A DNA stretch of 64,000 nt from Deltaproteobacteria bacterium. Lineage in GTDB: Bacteria > Myxococcota_A > Bradymonadia > REDH01. Shown here piece after piece: positions 31,410 to 42,530 of the stretch. The stretch lies in NCBI GenBank assembly GCA_007693585.1, contig REDH01000089.1, positions 21,323 through 85,322 of the forward strand. The letters run 5' to 3'. Both the position numbers and the translations under genes were made by a program. The notes under the pieces were generated by a model. The model was not told the origin of the DNA, made no database searches, and was given only the letters and a program-made list of their open reading frames with translations. Position 1 is the first letter of the stretch. The number at the start of each line of letters is the position of its first letter.

Positions 31410-33443
31410 TCAGCGATCCCCTGAGCCCTGCTCCGTGAGCCGCCCGGGGGTCACTGGCCCGGCCGGTGGAGCGTTGGGCGGGACGGAACCTTCAGCACCG
31501 GCGACGTCGCTCACCGGGACCTTCCCCGCACGGTGTTCCCGCGCCCACTCCTCGTCCTCGGGCAGAGGCATCACCTGGGAGAGAAAGGCGTCCAGCACCT
31601 CGTCCTCGAGGACCTCGTCCTCCATCAGACGCCGGCTCATGGTCTCGAGCAACGTGCGGTTGTGCAGGAGGATCCGACGCGCACGGTCGTGGCAATACGC
31701 CACAAGCTCACGTACCTCGGCGTCGATCAGCCGGGCGGTCTCGTCGGAATAGCCGGCACCGCCATGACCCTCCGGCGATTCGAGAAACATCGGCCGCTGG
31801 GTCGCCCCGTGGTGCACGAGTCCGATCGCCTCGGACATTCCGAACTCCGTCATCATCCGCCGTGCGATCTCGCTCACGCGCTGGAGATCGTTCTTCGCCC
31901 CGGTGGACACTTCGCCGAAGACGACCTCCTCGGCGGCCCGTCCGCCGAGCAGTCCGCAGATGCGGTCGACAAGCTCGCGGCGCGTCAGGAGGTATCGGTC
32001 ATCGAGCGGAACCTGAAGCGTGTATCCGAGAGCGCCCATCCCCCGGGGCACGATCGAGATTCGCCGCACCGGATCCGACGTGGGGAGCGCCCTGGCGACG
32101 ATGGCGTGCCCGTTCTCGTGGTAGGCCACGATCTCCTTCTCGATCGGGTTCATGCGGCGGTTTTTCTTCTCGAGACCGGCGATCACGCGCTCGATGGCGT
32201 GGCGGAAGTCGGCCATGGCGACCGCTTCGGCACCGCGCCGTGCGGCCAGCAGTGCCGCCTCGTTCACGACGTTGGCGAGATCCGCCCCGACGAATCCCGT
32301 GGTCTGCTGCGCGAGGTCCTCGACGTCGACATCCTCGACGGCCACGATCCTGCGCAGGTGGATTCGCAGGATGGCACAGCGGCCATTGCGGTCCGGGCGA
32401 TCGACGAGGACCTGCCGGTCGAAGCGCCCGGGGCGGAGCAACGCGGGATCGAGCGTCTCGGGCCGATTGGTCGCGGCGAGCACGATCACGCCCGCGCGGT
32501 CATCGAATCCATCCATCTCGACGAGCAGGGCATTCAGCGTCTGCTCGCGCTCGTCATTGCCGCCCATGGGTCCTCCCCCACCTCGGACCTTGCCCACGGC
32601 ATCGAGCTCATCCAGGAAGATGATGCACGGCGCCTTCTCCTTTGCCTGTTCGAACAGATCCCGGACCCGGGCCGCACCGACGCCCACGAACATTTCGACG
32701 AAGTCCGATCCGGAGATGGAGAAGAAGGTGACGCCAGCCTCCCCGGCCACGGCTCGGGCGATGAGGGTCTTGCCCGTGCCCGGGGGACCCACGAGCATGA
32801 CGCCGCGTGGAATTCGTGCTCCCAGCCGATGAAATCGCTCCGGGTTGCGCAGGAACTCGACCACCTCTTCGAGCTCCTCGCGTGCCTCGTCGACCCCTGC
32901 GACATCGTCGAAGGTCACCTTGATGCCTTCCTCCGCGTAGAGCCGTGCCTTGACCTTGCCGAAGCCCATGGCATGCCCCTGCGGCCCCATCCGTCGGAAC
33001 ATGAAGATCCAGAAGGCGATCAGCAGGAGGACCGGCAGGAAGAGGAGCATCATGAGGCCACCGGTGCAGCCCGGGTCGGCCAGTCCGCGATAGTCGACGC
33101 CGTGTTCCTCGAGCAGAGGAACCAACGACTCGTCGGCCGCCACTCGAACGGCGCGCATCGGCGCGAGCGCCTCGCCGGCGTCGTCCTCGGCCCCTTCCAG
33201 GGGGTAGACGACCAGCTGGGTGCTGCCGATCTCGACGCGCTCCACGAGGCCCCGTTCGATGTAGCTCTTGACTTCGGCGTGGCTCACCTCCTGATATGCG
33301 GAGGTGCCGAGGGCCTGAACGAGCAGGACCGTGAGAACGACAAACGCAACGATGAGCAGCCAGTTGATCCCCGAGCCCGGAGGCCCGAAGCGACCCGTCT
33401 CCTTCGGTCTCTCGGGATTCCTGTCCTTCGGTCCTGTGGGCAT
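31410..33443 (-). CDS. ftsH: ATP-dependent zinc metalloprotease FtsH
   Basis: Two TM helices, [45 protein letters not shown]; start trimmed to ATG 33443. Confidence 0.97.
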   Translation of the reverse strand: MPTGPKDRNPERPKETGRFGPPGSGINWLLIVAFVVLTVLLVQALGTSAYQEVSHAEVKSYIERGLVERVEIGSTQLVVYPLEGAEDDAGEALAPMRAVRVAADESLVPLLEEHGVDYRGLADPGCTGGLMMLLFLPVLLLIAFWIFMFRRMGPQGHAMGFGKVKARLYAEEGIKVTFDDVAGVDEAREELEEVVEFLRNPERFHRLGARIPRGVMLVGPPGTGKTLIARAVAGEAGVTFFSISGSDFVEMFVGVGAARVRDLFEQAKEKAPCIIFLDELDAVGKVRGGGGPMGGNDEREQTLNALLVEMDGFDDRAGVIVLAATNRPETLDPALLRPGRFDRQVLVDRPDRNGRCAILRIHLRRIVAVEDVDVEDLAQQTTGFVGADLANVVNEAALLAARRGAEAVAMADFRHAIERVIAGLEKKNRRMNPIEKEIVAYHENGHAIVARALPTSDPVRRISIVPRGMGALGYTLQVPLDDRYLLTRRELVDRICGLLGGRAAEEVVFGEVSTGAKNDLQRVSEIARRMMTEFGMSEAIGLVHHGATQRPMFLESPEGHGGAGYSDETARLIDAEVRELVAYCHDRARRILLHNRTLLETMSRRLMEDEVLEDEVLDAFLSQVMPLPEDEEWAREHRAGKVPVSDVAGAEGSVPPNAPPAGPVTPGRLTEQGSGDR

Positions 33444-33506
33444 GGGCTCCCTGGGGTTTCCGCGGGGTGGCGGACGAGACACGGTGCGAGCCATCCGGGG
33501 GCGTGC

Positions 33507-34097
33507 ATGGTAAGGACGGGCTCCTTCAAGGCAACCTTGCCCGCTCGGGCCCCGTGCCTGTCGCTGGTGCTGTGCCTGCTGCTGCTGCCGAGCTGTTCCG
33601 AGCTGGGGACGAGTGTCCTCGTGGAGGGCACATGGTCCCAGCCCGAGTGCGAGCTCGGGGAAGTGACCTGGAGACCGACGTTCGCCACCTGGACGCGGAA
33701 CGTGCAGGGGACCGCGGTCATGCGGATTCAGACGGACGCCGGGCCGCTCGATGGCGATGACCACGTGGTCATCGCCTTCCGTGATCCCGCGTCCATTCCC
33801 GGCCGCGTCGGCGAGCCGATTCGCATCGGCCCGCGGGAGCTCGGGGACTCCGCGTTCGGCACCCTCAACTTCCATGAGCGCTGTCCCGACGCGCGCCGGT
33901 CGTCGAGCGAGCTGATCGGCACGCTCGTGTTCGAGGAGTTCACGGGCAAGCTCGAATCGGACGTCCGGGGCCATGCCGATGTGATGGCAAGGGATGCCCG
34001 GGACCCCGACCTGGTGTACAGTGAAGAGATCCGGATCGAGTTCGCGTTCCGGATCCGAAGGTTCCCGCCCTATCAGCCGTTCAACGCCGGATTCTAG
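33507..34097 (+). CDS. hypothetical lipoprotein
   Basis: 3' part of ORF 31533..34097; hydrophobic stretch ending LLPSC; beta-rich mature region with a Cys pair. Confidence 0.65.
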   Translation: MVRTGSFKATLPARAPCLSLVLCLLLLPSCSELGTSVLVEGTWSQPECELGEVTWRPTFATWTRNVQGTAVMRIQTDAGPLDGDDHVVIAFRDPASIPGRVGEPIRIGPRELGDSAFGTLNFHERCPDARRSSSELIGTLVFEEFTGKLESDVRGHADVMARDARDPDLVYSEEIRIEFAFRIRRFPPYQPFNAGF

Positions 34098-34135
34098 CGC
34101 CACGCACCACCTGCGCTGCCCTGAGGACACGCACC

Positions 34136-36490
34136 ATGGACAACGTCGAGAAGTTCGGGGACTGGAGCCTTCTGCTGAAGCTTGCCGAAGGCGGGATGGC
34201 GGTCACCTGGCTGGCACGCGCGGCCGGAGCAGAGCCGGGCGACGAAGTGGCGGTCAAGCGCATCCACCCGGATCTCGTGCGCGACCCGGAGTTGCGAGCC
34301 CTGTTCGTCGAGGAAGCGCGCATGGCGCGTCGGGTGGACCACCCCAACCTCGTGCGGACCTTCGTCGCCGGCCAGGTGCAGGGCGAGGACTATCTCGCCA
34401 TGGAGTACGTCTGGGGCGAGGACCTTCGTCGAATCGCCGAGCGGGGCGTCGCCGTCGGCAAGCCGCTGCCGCTGCGGATCGCCGTGCGACTCATCGCCGA
34501 TGCGGCCCGCGGTCTTCACACCTTCCACGAACTCGAGGACGAGGGTGGGCTGCCGCTCGAACCGGTCCACCGGGATGTCTCTCCGCCCAACCTCATGCTG
34601 ACCTTCGACGGCCACACGAAGGTCATCGACTTCGGCATCGCCAAGGTCGAGTCCCGCCTGCGGACGGTCCGGCAGGGACAGCTCAAGGGCAAGTTCAGCT
34701 ACATGTCTCCCGAGCAGGTCCAGGGCCTGGAGGTCGACAGACGCTCCGACATCTTCGCCCTCGCCGTCGTGCTCTGGGAGGTCACGACCATGCGACGGCT
34801 CTTCAAGGCGGAGAGTGACGTCCTCACGATCAAGCTTGTCTCGGAAGCGCGGGTCATGGCCCCGCATGTGGCCCGCCATGACTATCCGCCGCGGCTGGGC
34901 GAGATCGTGATGAAGGCTCTCGCCCGGGATCCGCGGCAGAGACACCCGACCGCGGCCGCCTTCGCCGACGAGCTGGAGGGCTTTCTCGAAGAGACCCGCA
35001 TCGAGCCCAGCCGTGCGCAGGTCGCCCAGTACATGCAGGAGATCTTTCCCGATCGCATCGAGCAGCTCGAGTCGCTCCTCGGCGCGAACTACCCGGGCCC
35101 GTCGAGAACACCTCACCTGCCCGAGATCCCCGACCCCTCCCCGGAGGAAGCGCCGACGACTGCCCCCGCAGAGTCCCTCCAGCCCAGTGGGGAAGGTCCC
35201 ACCGATTCCGAAGAACTGCAGCTGTCCGGCCGACGATTCGAACCGGGTGCGGAGAGCGATGCGCCAGCGCCCCCGGATGAGGACGACCTCGACCTCATGC
35301 GACAGCAGCGCCAGAGCCGCCTCATCCTGGGCTCGTTCGCCATGGTCGCGCTCCTCGTCATCGCCTGGATCGCCTATACCATCGCGACCCATGGCGCCGG
35401 CACCCGAGTCTCCGACATCGAGGCCGTGGAGCTCTTCGAAGCCGGAGAACTCGATCGGCCGGACCCCCCTCCGGTGCAGATGACCCCCGTGTCTTCCGAG
35501 CCCGAAGGTGCGCGCGTCATCCTCAACGGCACCATGCTCGTCGGCCGGACCCCCCTTGAGGTTCCCTTCGTCGAGGGGCAGCCCAACGACGTGGGCCTGG
35601 TGCTCGACGGCCATCGCGGTTCGCGACAGGTGCTGCCCGCCGAAGCCGCCGGCACTCCCCTCACCGTGTCCCTCGAACCACTGCAGGCACCGGACGGGTG
35701 GTCACCGCCCGAAGCGATGGACCCGGCGCCGGATTTCCCCACCAGCATCCTCCGCATCCGGACGACCCATGGCGGTCAGCCCCTGCGAGAGGCTTCCGTG
35801 TCCATCAACGGCACACCCCTCGAGGGAACCACGCCCGTGACCACCAGCGTCCCGGCCGGCGTGCCGCAGCACGTCACCGTGCGCATGCAGGGGTTCCGCG
35901 ACAGCACCGCGTGGATCACGCCTCGCGAGTCGCGACGTGAAGGGCAGGACGACGAGCTGCTGATCGAACTGACAAGCGCCGATCAGGTCCACCTGTTCAC
36001 CTCGCTCAGGCTCCAGCTCAATCCACAGCAGGCCCGCGTCACGATCGGAGACGAGGTGACCCGAGGGCGAAACCACCAGCTCCGCGCCCCCGGTCACTAC
36101 CCCGTCCTCATCGAGGCGGACGGATACCTGCCCTGGCATGGGGCCTTCAGCACGGGCCCCGGTACCATTTTCGAGCGGGTGATTCTCGACGAGATCCCCA
36201 GAGAACCCGCCCTCCTCAGCCTCCGTGTCGACCCGGACGGCACCCGACTCTTCGCCGCCCGCGTCGGAGACCCGGTTGGCGCGAGCCCCATCGGCACACA
36301 CATCGTGCGCAATCACGAGCTCTCGGCAGGTCGCTGGCAGCTCACGTTCGTGCACCGCGACGACGAAGTCTCGAGGCGAGGCCGCGTGTACGTGGAACTC
36401 GAGGGGAACACCCACCTCGATCTCCACTATCGGCTCGATGACGAGGGAGCCGAACTCGTGCGCGAGGACAGTCGGCCCATCGGCCGCTAG
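34136..36490 (+). CDS. Hanks-type Ser/Thr protein kinase with TM helix and PEGA-like periplasmic repeats
   Basis: LAEGGMA, VAVK, HRDVSPPN, DFGIAK, YMSPEQ, SDIF; TM helix; SSEPEGARVILNG...GRTPL repeats. Confidence 0.92.
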   Translation: MDNVEKFGDWSLLLKLAEGGMAVTWLARAAGAEPGDEVAVKRIHPDLVRDPELRALFVEEARMARRVDHPNLVRTFVAGQVQGEDYLAMEYVWGEDLRRIAERGVAVGKPLPLRIAVRLIADAARGLHTFHELEDEGGLPLEPVHRDVSPPNLMLTFDGHTKVIDFGIAKVESRLRTVRQGQLKGKFSYMSPEQVQGLEVDRRSDIFALAVVLWEVTTMRRLFKAESDVLTIKLVSEARVMAPHVARHDYPPRLGEIVMKALARDPRQRHPTAAAFADELEGFLEETRIEPSRAQVAQYMQEIFPDRIEQLESLLGANYPGPSRTPHLPEIPDPSPEEAPTTAPAESLQPSGEGPTDSEELQLSGRRFEPGAESDAPAPPDEDDLDLMRQQRQSRLILGSFAMVALLVIAWIAYTIATHGAGTRVSDIEAVELFEAGELDRPDPPPVQMTPVSSEPEGARVILNGTMLVGRTPLEVPFVEGQPNDVGLVLDGHRGSRQVLPAEAAGTPLTVSLEPLQAPDGWSPPEAMDPAPDFPTSILRIRTTHGGQPLREASVSINGTPLEGTTPVTTSVPAGVPQHVTVRMQGFRDSTAWITPRESRREGQDDELLIELTSADQVHLFTSLRLQLNPQQARVTIGDEVTRGRNHQLRAPGHYPVLIEADGYLPWHGAFSTGPGTIFERVILDEIPREPALLSLRVDPDGTRLFAARVGDPVGASPIGTHIVRNHELSAGRWQLTFVHRDDEVSRRGRVYVELEGNTHLDLHYRLDDEGAELVREDSRPIGR

Positions 36491-36586
36491 CCCCAGCACG
36501 CTCCGCGCCGCCGGAAGCAGACTCGCCGGCATTGGTCAGCCCGCCGCACAGAGGCCCTCCCAGCGCGGTTTACGCACCCCACCATT

Positions 36587-36615
36587 TTGACAGAGCACCC
36601 GCGCCACCCTAGCTT
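36587..36615 (+). promoter_or_regulatory. candidate sigma70 promoter for the L,D-transpeptidase
   Basis: TTGACA-N17-TAGCTT, 55 bp upstream of ATG 36671. Confidence 0.65.
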
Positions 36616-36670
36616 CCGTGAAGCGTCCGCACCATGCGGCGCGCCGCCCCCCATCTCCACGCGTGTCTTC

Positions 36671-38704
36671 ATGCGCCGTCTCCTCGCCTTCGCCCTTGGG
36701 CTGGGATTGTCCGCCAGCACCTTCGGCTGCTCAAGCGCCCTGCAGGACTCCCGCTCCGAGGAGCTCCTGGCCATCGTGCACGAAAAGGAACTCGAGCACT
36801 TCGTGGCCACCTTTGCCATCGAGGCACCCACGCGTGCCGTCCTCTGGGCCGAGCAGCAGGTGGAGACACCGAGCTGGGACACCGTCGCAGCCCAGCTCGG
36901 CCGGGATCTTGACTGGGACGACGAGGCGGTTCGACTTCTCACGGAGCTCCATCGTTCCGGAACGCCCCCGTTCGTGCGCGGAGGCAGGCTCACCTCAGGT
37001 GGCACGGAGACCTTCCGGATGCTCGCTCACGCCCACCGCGAACACGGCATGGACAACCGGAGCTGGCACCTCGACGAGATCGAGGCCCGAATGGCCACCC
37101 TGGGCCGGGACGAACTCGTGCGCGAGCTCCATGAGGCGCTTCGAATCGGCCCGGACGACGAGCGCCGGCTGAGGGAATGGCTCGAAGCACGCATCGGGCT
37201 GGACGGCACCGCCCCGAGCCACCCGGATCTGGCGCGCCTGCTGCTCGCGGATCCCGAGGACAACCCCCTGCCCCGCTATTCGGAGGCGGCCCGGGCTCTG
37301 GCCACGAAGCTTGCGGAAGGAGCCATGGCCGCTCCGGAGCTGGAGATTCTGCTCGCCTTCGGGTGGCTCGCGATGGCCTCCGAGATGCGGCTGGCGAACT
37401 TCTACTTCATCCCGCGGGATGTCCGTGAGGAGCGCGAGTGGAACATTCGCGATCGAAGTCAGCGTGGCGAGATTCTGCGTTTCCTCCAGCGTGAAGCGTT
37501 CGAGGAGGCCCGGGAGTCGGGTTTCGCGCACGTCATGGAGCACCTGGAGCCTCCATCGGAGCAGTACGCCGGCCTTCGGCGCTCCCTCGTCCGGTATCTC
37601 GAGTACGTCGAGCGGGGTGGATGGCCGGAGATCGATGTCCCGGCGAATCGACTGCGGGAAGGCTACTCGGGGCCGGAGGTCCTGACATTGCGTGAGCGGT
37701 TGCACGCCGAGGACTACTTCGACGGAGCACTCGACAGTCCCGAGTTCGATCACGCCCTCCGACGGGCGCTGCTTCACTACCAGCATACCCATCAGCTCCA
37801 GGAGAGCGGCGTTGTCGATCGAATCACCCTCTTCTCCCTCAACGTCCCGGCGGAACGTCGGGCCGCCCAGATCGCGGTCACGCTCCAGCGCTGGCGTGAG
37901 AGCACGATCGGGGCCGACTTCGATCGACGCCACATCCGGGCCAGCCTTCCGGACTTCCACGCCGAACTGTGGGAGGCCGACGAGCGGCTGATGCGCTTTC
38001 GTACGGTCATCGGGAGCAACCGGCGAGCACGAAACCCAAGAACCGGCGAGGTGGAGCTGATCACCGCAACGCCGACCTTCTACCGGAGCATGCGCTACGT
38101 CGTGTTCAATCCGACCTGGAACATCCCTCCGGGCATTCGCCAGCGGGACTACGACCCTCGGATCGAGGAGAACCCCAACTATCTGGAGGAACAGGGATAC
38201 CAGCTCATGGTCGGAGACGACGGTCGCGAGTGGATCCGGCAGCCACCCGGCCCCACGAACCCCCTGGGACGGGTCAAGTTCCTCTTCCCGAACGAGCACC
38301 ACGTCTACTTCCACGACACGCCGCAGCGACACCTCTTCTCCCATCCCATCCGTGCCTACTCCTCGGGCTGTGTCCGGATTCAGGACGCCATGGACTTCGC
38401 GCGGCTGCTGCTCAGGCTGGATCGCGGCTGGAACGACCGCAGGATCGAAGACTTCATCGAGTCGCAGTTCGACGATCCGGACAACGAGCGCTGGGTGTCG
38501 CTGATCCACCCCATTCCGGTTCATATCGAGTACTACGTCGTCCGCTACGATGACACCGGCGACACCCACTTCCTCGCCGACATCTACCGATGGGACACGG
38601 AGCGGGTGGATGCGATGGAAAGTCTTCTCTTCGGCGAGGCTGACGGCGTCTCCGGGGTCGAGGACCCTGAACGCGCCCCGCTCTCCGTGGTCAGCGGTCC
38701 GTGA
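36671..38704 (+). CDS. murein L,D-transpeptidase (YcbB/LdtD-like) lipoprotein
   Basis: Lipobox TFGC; PG-binding-like ALLHYQHTHQL; FNPTWNIP, RQPPGPTNPLGRVKFLFPN, YFHDTP...SSGCVR catalytic His/Cys. Confidence 0.92.
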   Translation: MRRLLAFALGLGLSASTFGCSSALQDSRSEELLAIVHEKELEHFVATFAIEAPTRAVLWAEQQVETPSWDTVAAQLGRDLDWDDEAVRLLTELHRSGTPPFVRGGRLTSGGTETFRMLAHAHREHGMDNRSWHLDEIEARMATLGRDELVRELHEALRIGPDDERRLREWLEARIGLDGTAPSHPDLARLLLADPEDNPLPRYSEAARALATKLAEGAMAAPELEILLAFGWLAMASEMRLANFYFIPRDVREEREWNIRDRSQRGEILRFLQREAFEEARESGFAHVMEHLEPPSEQYAGLRRSLVRYLEYVERGGWPEIDVPANRLREGYSGPEVLTLRERLHAEDYFDGALDSPEFDHALRRALLHYQHTHQLQESGVVDRITLFSLNVPAERRAAQIAVTLQRWRESTIGADFDRRHIRASLPDFHAELWEADERLMRFRTVIGSNRRARNPRTGEVELITATPTFYRSMRYVVFNPTWNIPPGIRQRDYDPRIEENPNYLEEQGYQLMVGDDGREWIRQPPGPTNPLGRVKFLFPNEHHVYFHDTPQRHLFSHPIRAYSSGCVRIQDAMDFARLLLRLDRGWNDRRIEDFIESQFDDPDNERWVSLIHPIPVHIEYYVVRYDDTGDTHFLADIYRWDTERVDAMESLLFGEADGVSGVEDPERAPLSVVSGP

Positions 38705-38743
38705 GTCCACCGGCGCGGTCACGGTCCCGAGTCCCGATCGGCG

Positions 38744-39562
38744 TCACTGCGCTGTGCGCGTCACGCAAGACGGCAGCAGGGCCTCGTCCACGAGGGCCTC
38801 GCGGTTGAGTGCCCACGACAACGCTGCTGCCTGCAGCATGGAGAGCGATGGCTCGTCTGCGGTGTGGTGGTCGCTCGATCGATGACGGAGGCCTGAATGA
38901 AGCGCTGCGGCCTGCGCCGTCCAGCGCCGACCTCGATAGTGGCCCTCGAAGAGCCCGGAGGAGTCGCGCACATGGACTTCGGCGGCACAGGCTTCGCGCT
39001 CGACCACGATGGTCAGGGGCGGCAAGGGACTCCCGGAGCGCACTTCACCCTCCGCACCGGATGCACTCCGCCACTCCGCCGTCCCGGCGCTCTCCCCCGC
39101 ACCTCCCGACCGGACCGTACCTACGCCGAGTCCGTCCCGCAGAACGTGCCACTCCTCACGATCCCCCCGCACGAGCGACCACTCGTCGTGGCCCGGACAT
39201 CTCAGGGTCCAGCGGTCCGTGGACGGCTGCTCCATCGAGCACCGCACTGCACCCTCCCGGTCAACCAGCTCCCAGCCAGCTGGCCCTCGCCTCATGCGCC
39301 CGATGCGTCGCATGTGCGAATCGAAGACGCGCACGCCGCCGGCACTGACCCGCAATGCACCCAGCCGCTCGACATCACTCCCGACCCAGCGCAGCCGTTC
39401 TCCGGGCAAGTCCGTCTCATGCCCCGGACCGAGAGGATGGGTGCGAAAGGGAGGAGGAGAGGCCTCCCGGGGCGCACAAGCGCCCAGAAGAAGACAACCT
39501 CCGAGCCAGGCGATACACCACCAGGGCAGCGGACCGGAGAGCAGCACGCGAGGTCCTTTCAT
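38744..39562 (-). CDS. hypothetical lipoprotein
   Basis: Lipobox-like LLGAC; starts 3 bp after the nusB stop. Confidence 0.55.
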   Translation of the reverse strand: MKGPRVLLSGPLPWWCIAWLGGCLLLGACAPREASPPPFRTHPLGPGHETDLPGERLRWVGSDVERLGALRVSAGGVRVFDSHMRRIGRMRRGPAGWELVDREGAVRCSMEQPSTDRWTLRCPGHDEWSLVRGDREEWHVLRDGLGVGTVRSGGAGESAGTAEWRSASGAEGEVRSGSPLPPLTIVVEREACAAEVHVRDSSGLFEGHYRGRRWTAQAAALHSGLRHRSSDHHTADEPSLSMLQAAALSWALNREALVDEALLPSCVTRTAQ

Positions 39563-39565
39563 GTT

Positions 39566-40081
39566 CTACCGGAAGGGCAGGCCGCGGTTTCGCCGGGCCT
39601 GATCCAGGATCCCATTGACGAACCGCGGAGTGGACTCGCCCCCATAGCACTTGGCCAGTTCGATCAGGTCATGGAACACCGGGCGCAACCTGGGTGCTTC
39701 ACTCCGCAGCATCTCCGTGACGCCGATGAGGAGGAGACACCGATCGATCGTCGGCATTCGATCGAGGCGCCAGCGCGGAGAAGCCTGACGCAGACAGGCT
39801 TCTGCATCCTCACGCCGACTTTCGAGTTCACGCAGCAGCGCCGTCACATCGTCGCGAACGGGATCCCATTGCTCCGGGGACGGCAGCTCGTCGTCCATCC
39901 GTTCGATTCGAAACCAGCGGGTTCGTTCGGACGGCGCAGGCTCGACGTGAGGAACCACGTGAGAGGCTTCATGCCGTGCCAGCGCATCGAGTGGGGACAG
40001 CCCCGCCATTTCCGATGAATAGAGCACACGCAGCGCGTGCTCGCGGACGGCTCGCCCCGCATTGGTGCGTCTATCCGACAT
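39566..40081 (-). CDS. nusB: transcription antitermination factor NusB
   Basis: REHALRVLY, WRLDRMPTIDRCLL, ELAKCYG, FVNGILD; ribH-nusB synteny. Confidence 0.88.
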   Translation of the reverse strand: MSDRRTNAGRAVREHALRVLYSSEMAGLSPLDALARHEASHVVPHVEPAPSERTRWFRIERMDDELPSPEQWDPVRDDVTALLRELESRREDAEACLRQASPRWRLDRMPTIDRCLLLIGVTEMLRSEAPRLRPVFHDLIELAKCYGGESTPRFVNGILDQARRNRGLPFR

Positions 40082-40550
40082 GGTCATCCAGTTGCCGATA
40101 GAGGTCGGCCATCTCGATGGCAGCCAGGGCAGCCTCGTGTCCCTTGTTGCCGGCCTTCGTTCCGGCGCGCTCGATCGCCTGCTCGATGGTGTCCGTGGTG
40201 AGGACGCCGAATGCGACAGGCTTCCCACTGGCCATGGCAGCGCTCGCCAGACCCTTCGTGGCTTCGGCGGCGATGTAGTCGAAGTGTGGCGTTGCTCCAC
40301 GAATCAGCACCCCCAGAGCGACGACGGCGTCCACATCACTCCTCGCCGCCAGCCGCTCGGCGATCATGGGCAACTCGTACGCTCCGGGCACGCGGACAAC
40401 GAGGGTGCTGTCCACGTCCCCTCCGGTCCTTCGAATGGCGTCTAGCGCCCCTTCGAGCAGGCGTTCCGTGATGAACGCGTTCCATCGGGACAGGACGATT
40501 GCGAAACGAAACCCTTCAGCGCGGAGCTGTCCGTCAATCTGGCGCGGCAT
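40071..40550 (-). CDS. ribH: 6,7-dimethyl-8-ribityllumazine synthase
   Basis: SRWNAFIT, VPGAYELP, IRGATPHFDY, FGVLTTD, ERAGTKAGNKG. Confidence 0.97.
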   Translation of the reverse strand: MPRQIDGQLRAEGFRFAIVLSRWNAFITERLLEGALDAIRRTGGDVDSTLVVRVPGAYELPMIAERLAARSDVDAVVALGVLIRGATPHFDYIAAEATKGLASAAMASGKPVAFGVLTTDTIEQAIERAGTKAGNKGHEAALAAIEMADLYRQLDDHVG

Positions 40551-40597
40551 GGCTTTTCTCCTCGACGATTACAGGATGCATCGGAGTGCTGCGATCT

Positions 40598-41761
40598 TCA
40601 TGGAACGGGCTTCCACGAGGGCGGAGGAATGGGGATCTGGTCGACGAGCTCGAGCCCGTATCCATCGAGACCAACGAGGCGGCGTTCACTGGAGGACAGC
40701 AGGATCATCGAGCGCACGCCGCAGTCGCGAACGATCTGCGCGCCGACCCCGAGGTCCCGAAACTCGGGGCTCACGGTATTCACCCGAGCCTGGCGGGCTT
40801 CCTCGGAGTCCTCCTCGCGAGCCCCTTCGGTCATGACATACCGTCGGACCGCGTCGAGACGAGAGAGTTCGGGCTTGTGAAGGTAGACCAGGACTCCGCA
40901 GCCTCTTCTCGCGATCTCTTCCATTGCACCATGGAGCTGCCACCCACAGCCGCAGGCCGTCCCCATGAACACGTCACCGACCGTGCACTGATGCTGCACG
41001 CGAACGGCGACCGGCTCCTCGCTTGCGGAGGGATCGCCCAGCACGAGGGCCAGATGCTCGGTACCATCGGTGACGCTTCGGTAGCCGCGAACGCGGAAGC
41101 CATCGTGATAGCGACAGGGATACGGGGTCTCGAGGACCCGCTCGACCAGGGTGTCCCTCTGGAGCCGATACTGGATGAGTTCTTCGACTGTCGCGATGAG
41201 CAAGCCATGCTCCCTTGCGAACACCTCGAGATCCTCCATTCGGGCCATGGAACCGTCGTCATTGAGGATCTCACAGATGACAGCCGCCGGCTTCAGCCCT
41301 GCGAGCCGGGCAAGATCCACCGAACCTTCGGTTTGCCCGGTCCGCTCGAGCACCCCTCCCCTTCGGGCCCGAAGGGGGAAGATGTGCCCGGGTCGCACAA
41401 GGTCTTCCGGACGGGTTGTATCCGCCACGGCCACCTGAATCGTATGTGCCCTGTCTGCGGCTGATATTCCGGTGGTCACGCCATCGCGCGCCTCGATGGA
41501 CACGGTGAATGCGGTTCCGAACTGCGCGGAGTTCTCTTCGACCATCAAGGGGATCTGCAGCTCCCGGAGCCGTTCATCCGTCAGGCTGAGACAGATCAGT
41601 CCACGGCCGAACTTGGCCATGAAGTTGATGATCTCCGGCGTGACCTTCTCTGCGGCGACCACGAGGTCGCCCTCGTTCTCGCGATCCTCGTCATCGACCA
41701 GAATCACCATCTCGCCGCGCCGGATGGCGGCAATTGTCTCGTCCATCGTCGCTCTCGACAT
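40598..41761 (-). CDS. ribB: DHBP synthase fused to a degenerate GTP cyclohydrolase II domain (RibBX-like)
   Basis: RibB motifs [33 protein letters not shown]; the C-terminal domain lacks RVHSEC, QEGRG and TNNPxK. Confidence 0.9.
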   Translation of the reverse strand: MSRATMDETIAAIRRGEMVILVDDEDRENEGDLVVAAEKVTPEIINFMAKFGRGLICLSLTDERLRELQIPLMVEENSAQFGTAFTVSIEARDGVTTGISAADRAHTIQVAVADTTRPEDLVRPGHIFPLRARRGGVLERTGQTEGSVDLARLAGLKPAAVICEILNDDGSMARMEDLEVFAREHGLLIATVEELIQYRLQRDTLVERVLETPYPCRYHDGFRVRGYRSVTDGTEHLALVLGDPSASEEPVAVRVQHQCTVGDVFMGTACGCGWQLHGAMEEIARRGCGVLVYLHKPELSRLDAVRRYVMTEGAREEDSEEARQARVNTVSPEFRDLGVGAQIVRDCGVRSMILLSSSERRLVGLDGYGLELVDQIPIPPPSWKPVP

Positions 41762-41763
41762 GG

Positions 41764-42417
41764 CTATGCGTCCTCACTCGGTAGGTATCCGTAACGTTGG
41801 AGCAGTCCGCTCAGGGAGCCATCGGCCCCCTTCAGCGCAAGCTGACGAGCGACGTACTTGCCCAGCACATCGGTTTCGATGTTCACTCTCGTTCCGACCG
41901 CCATCCGGGTCAGCGTCGTCTTCTCGGCCGTGAACGGGACGATCGTGAGGCGCACCCTGTCCGTCTCGACCGCGTTCACGGTCAGGCTGACACCGTCCAC
42001 GGCGATGGAGCCCTTTTCGACGACCTCCCCAAGGAGGGAAACGGGGAGCCGGAACCACAGATGCCAGGCTCTGGCATCCTGCTCCTGCTTCGCGAGCGTG
42101 CCCACTCCGTCCACATGGCCCTGCACCAGGTGACCTCCGAGGCGATCACCGAGCCGCAGTGCACGCTCGAGGTGCACGTGATCGCCGGCTCTCCGTTCAC
42201 CAAGCGCGGTGCGCTCGAGCGTCTCGGACGATGCAAGGGCGGCGAAGCTCGCTCCATCGATCTCAGTGACGGTCAGGCAGGCCCCGTTGACCGCGATCGA
42301 GTCACCCGGCTGAACATCGGCCAGGGGAATGGTGGTCGTGAAGACGAACCTGCTGTCCCGACCGGACCGCTCGACGCGCCGAACACTTCCGATGTCTTCG
42401 ATGAGGCCCGTGAACAT
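41764..42417 (-). CDS. ribE: riboflavin synthase alpha chain
   Basis: [46 protein letters not shown]. Confidence 0.97.
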   Translation of the reverse strand: MFTGLIEDIGSVRRVERSGRDSRFVFTTTIPLADVQPGDSIAVNGACLTVTEIDGASFAALASSETLERTALGERRAGDHVHLERALRLGDRLGGHLVQGHVDGVGTLAKQEQDARAWHLWFRLPVSLLGEVVEKGSIAVDGVSLTVNAVETDRVRLTIVPFTAEKTTLTRMAVGTRVNIETDVLGKYVARQLALKGADGSLSGLLQRYGYLPSEDA

Positions 42418-42467
42418 GATGACCGGTGGGGAGTGACAAAGAACCGTCCCGGGCGACGGGGCGCGAG

Positions 42468-42496
42468 AGACTATTGTCGGCCGGAGGCGAGTGCAA
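42468..42496 (-). promoter_or_regulatory. candidate internal sigma70 promoter for ribE-ribB-ribH-nusB
   Basis: Minus strand TTGCAC-N17-TAGTCT in the ribD-ribE gap. Confidence 0.5.
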
Positions 42497-42530
42497 GCAC
42501 CTCTCCGAATCGCTTTCGAGCGAGGCCGAC

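Noticed and set aside
31533..33506. 5' part of the 854-aa ORF
   Set aside because: Antisense to ftsH; only the lipoprotein from 33507 is credible.
42418..42530. Possible FMN riboswitch in the rib cluster
   Set aside because: No RFN consensus seen, and the gap is short and explained by a promoter.
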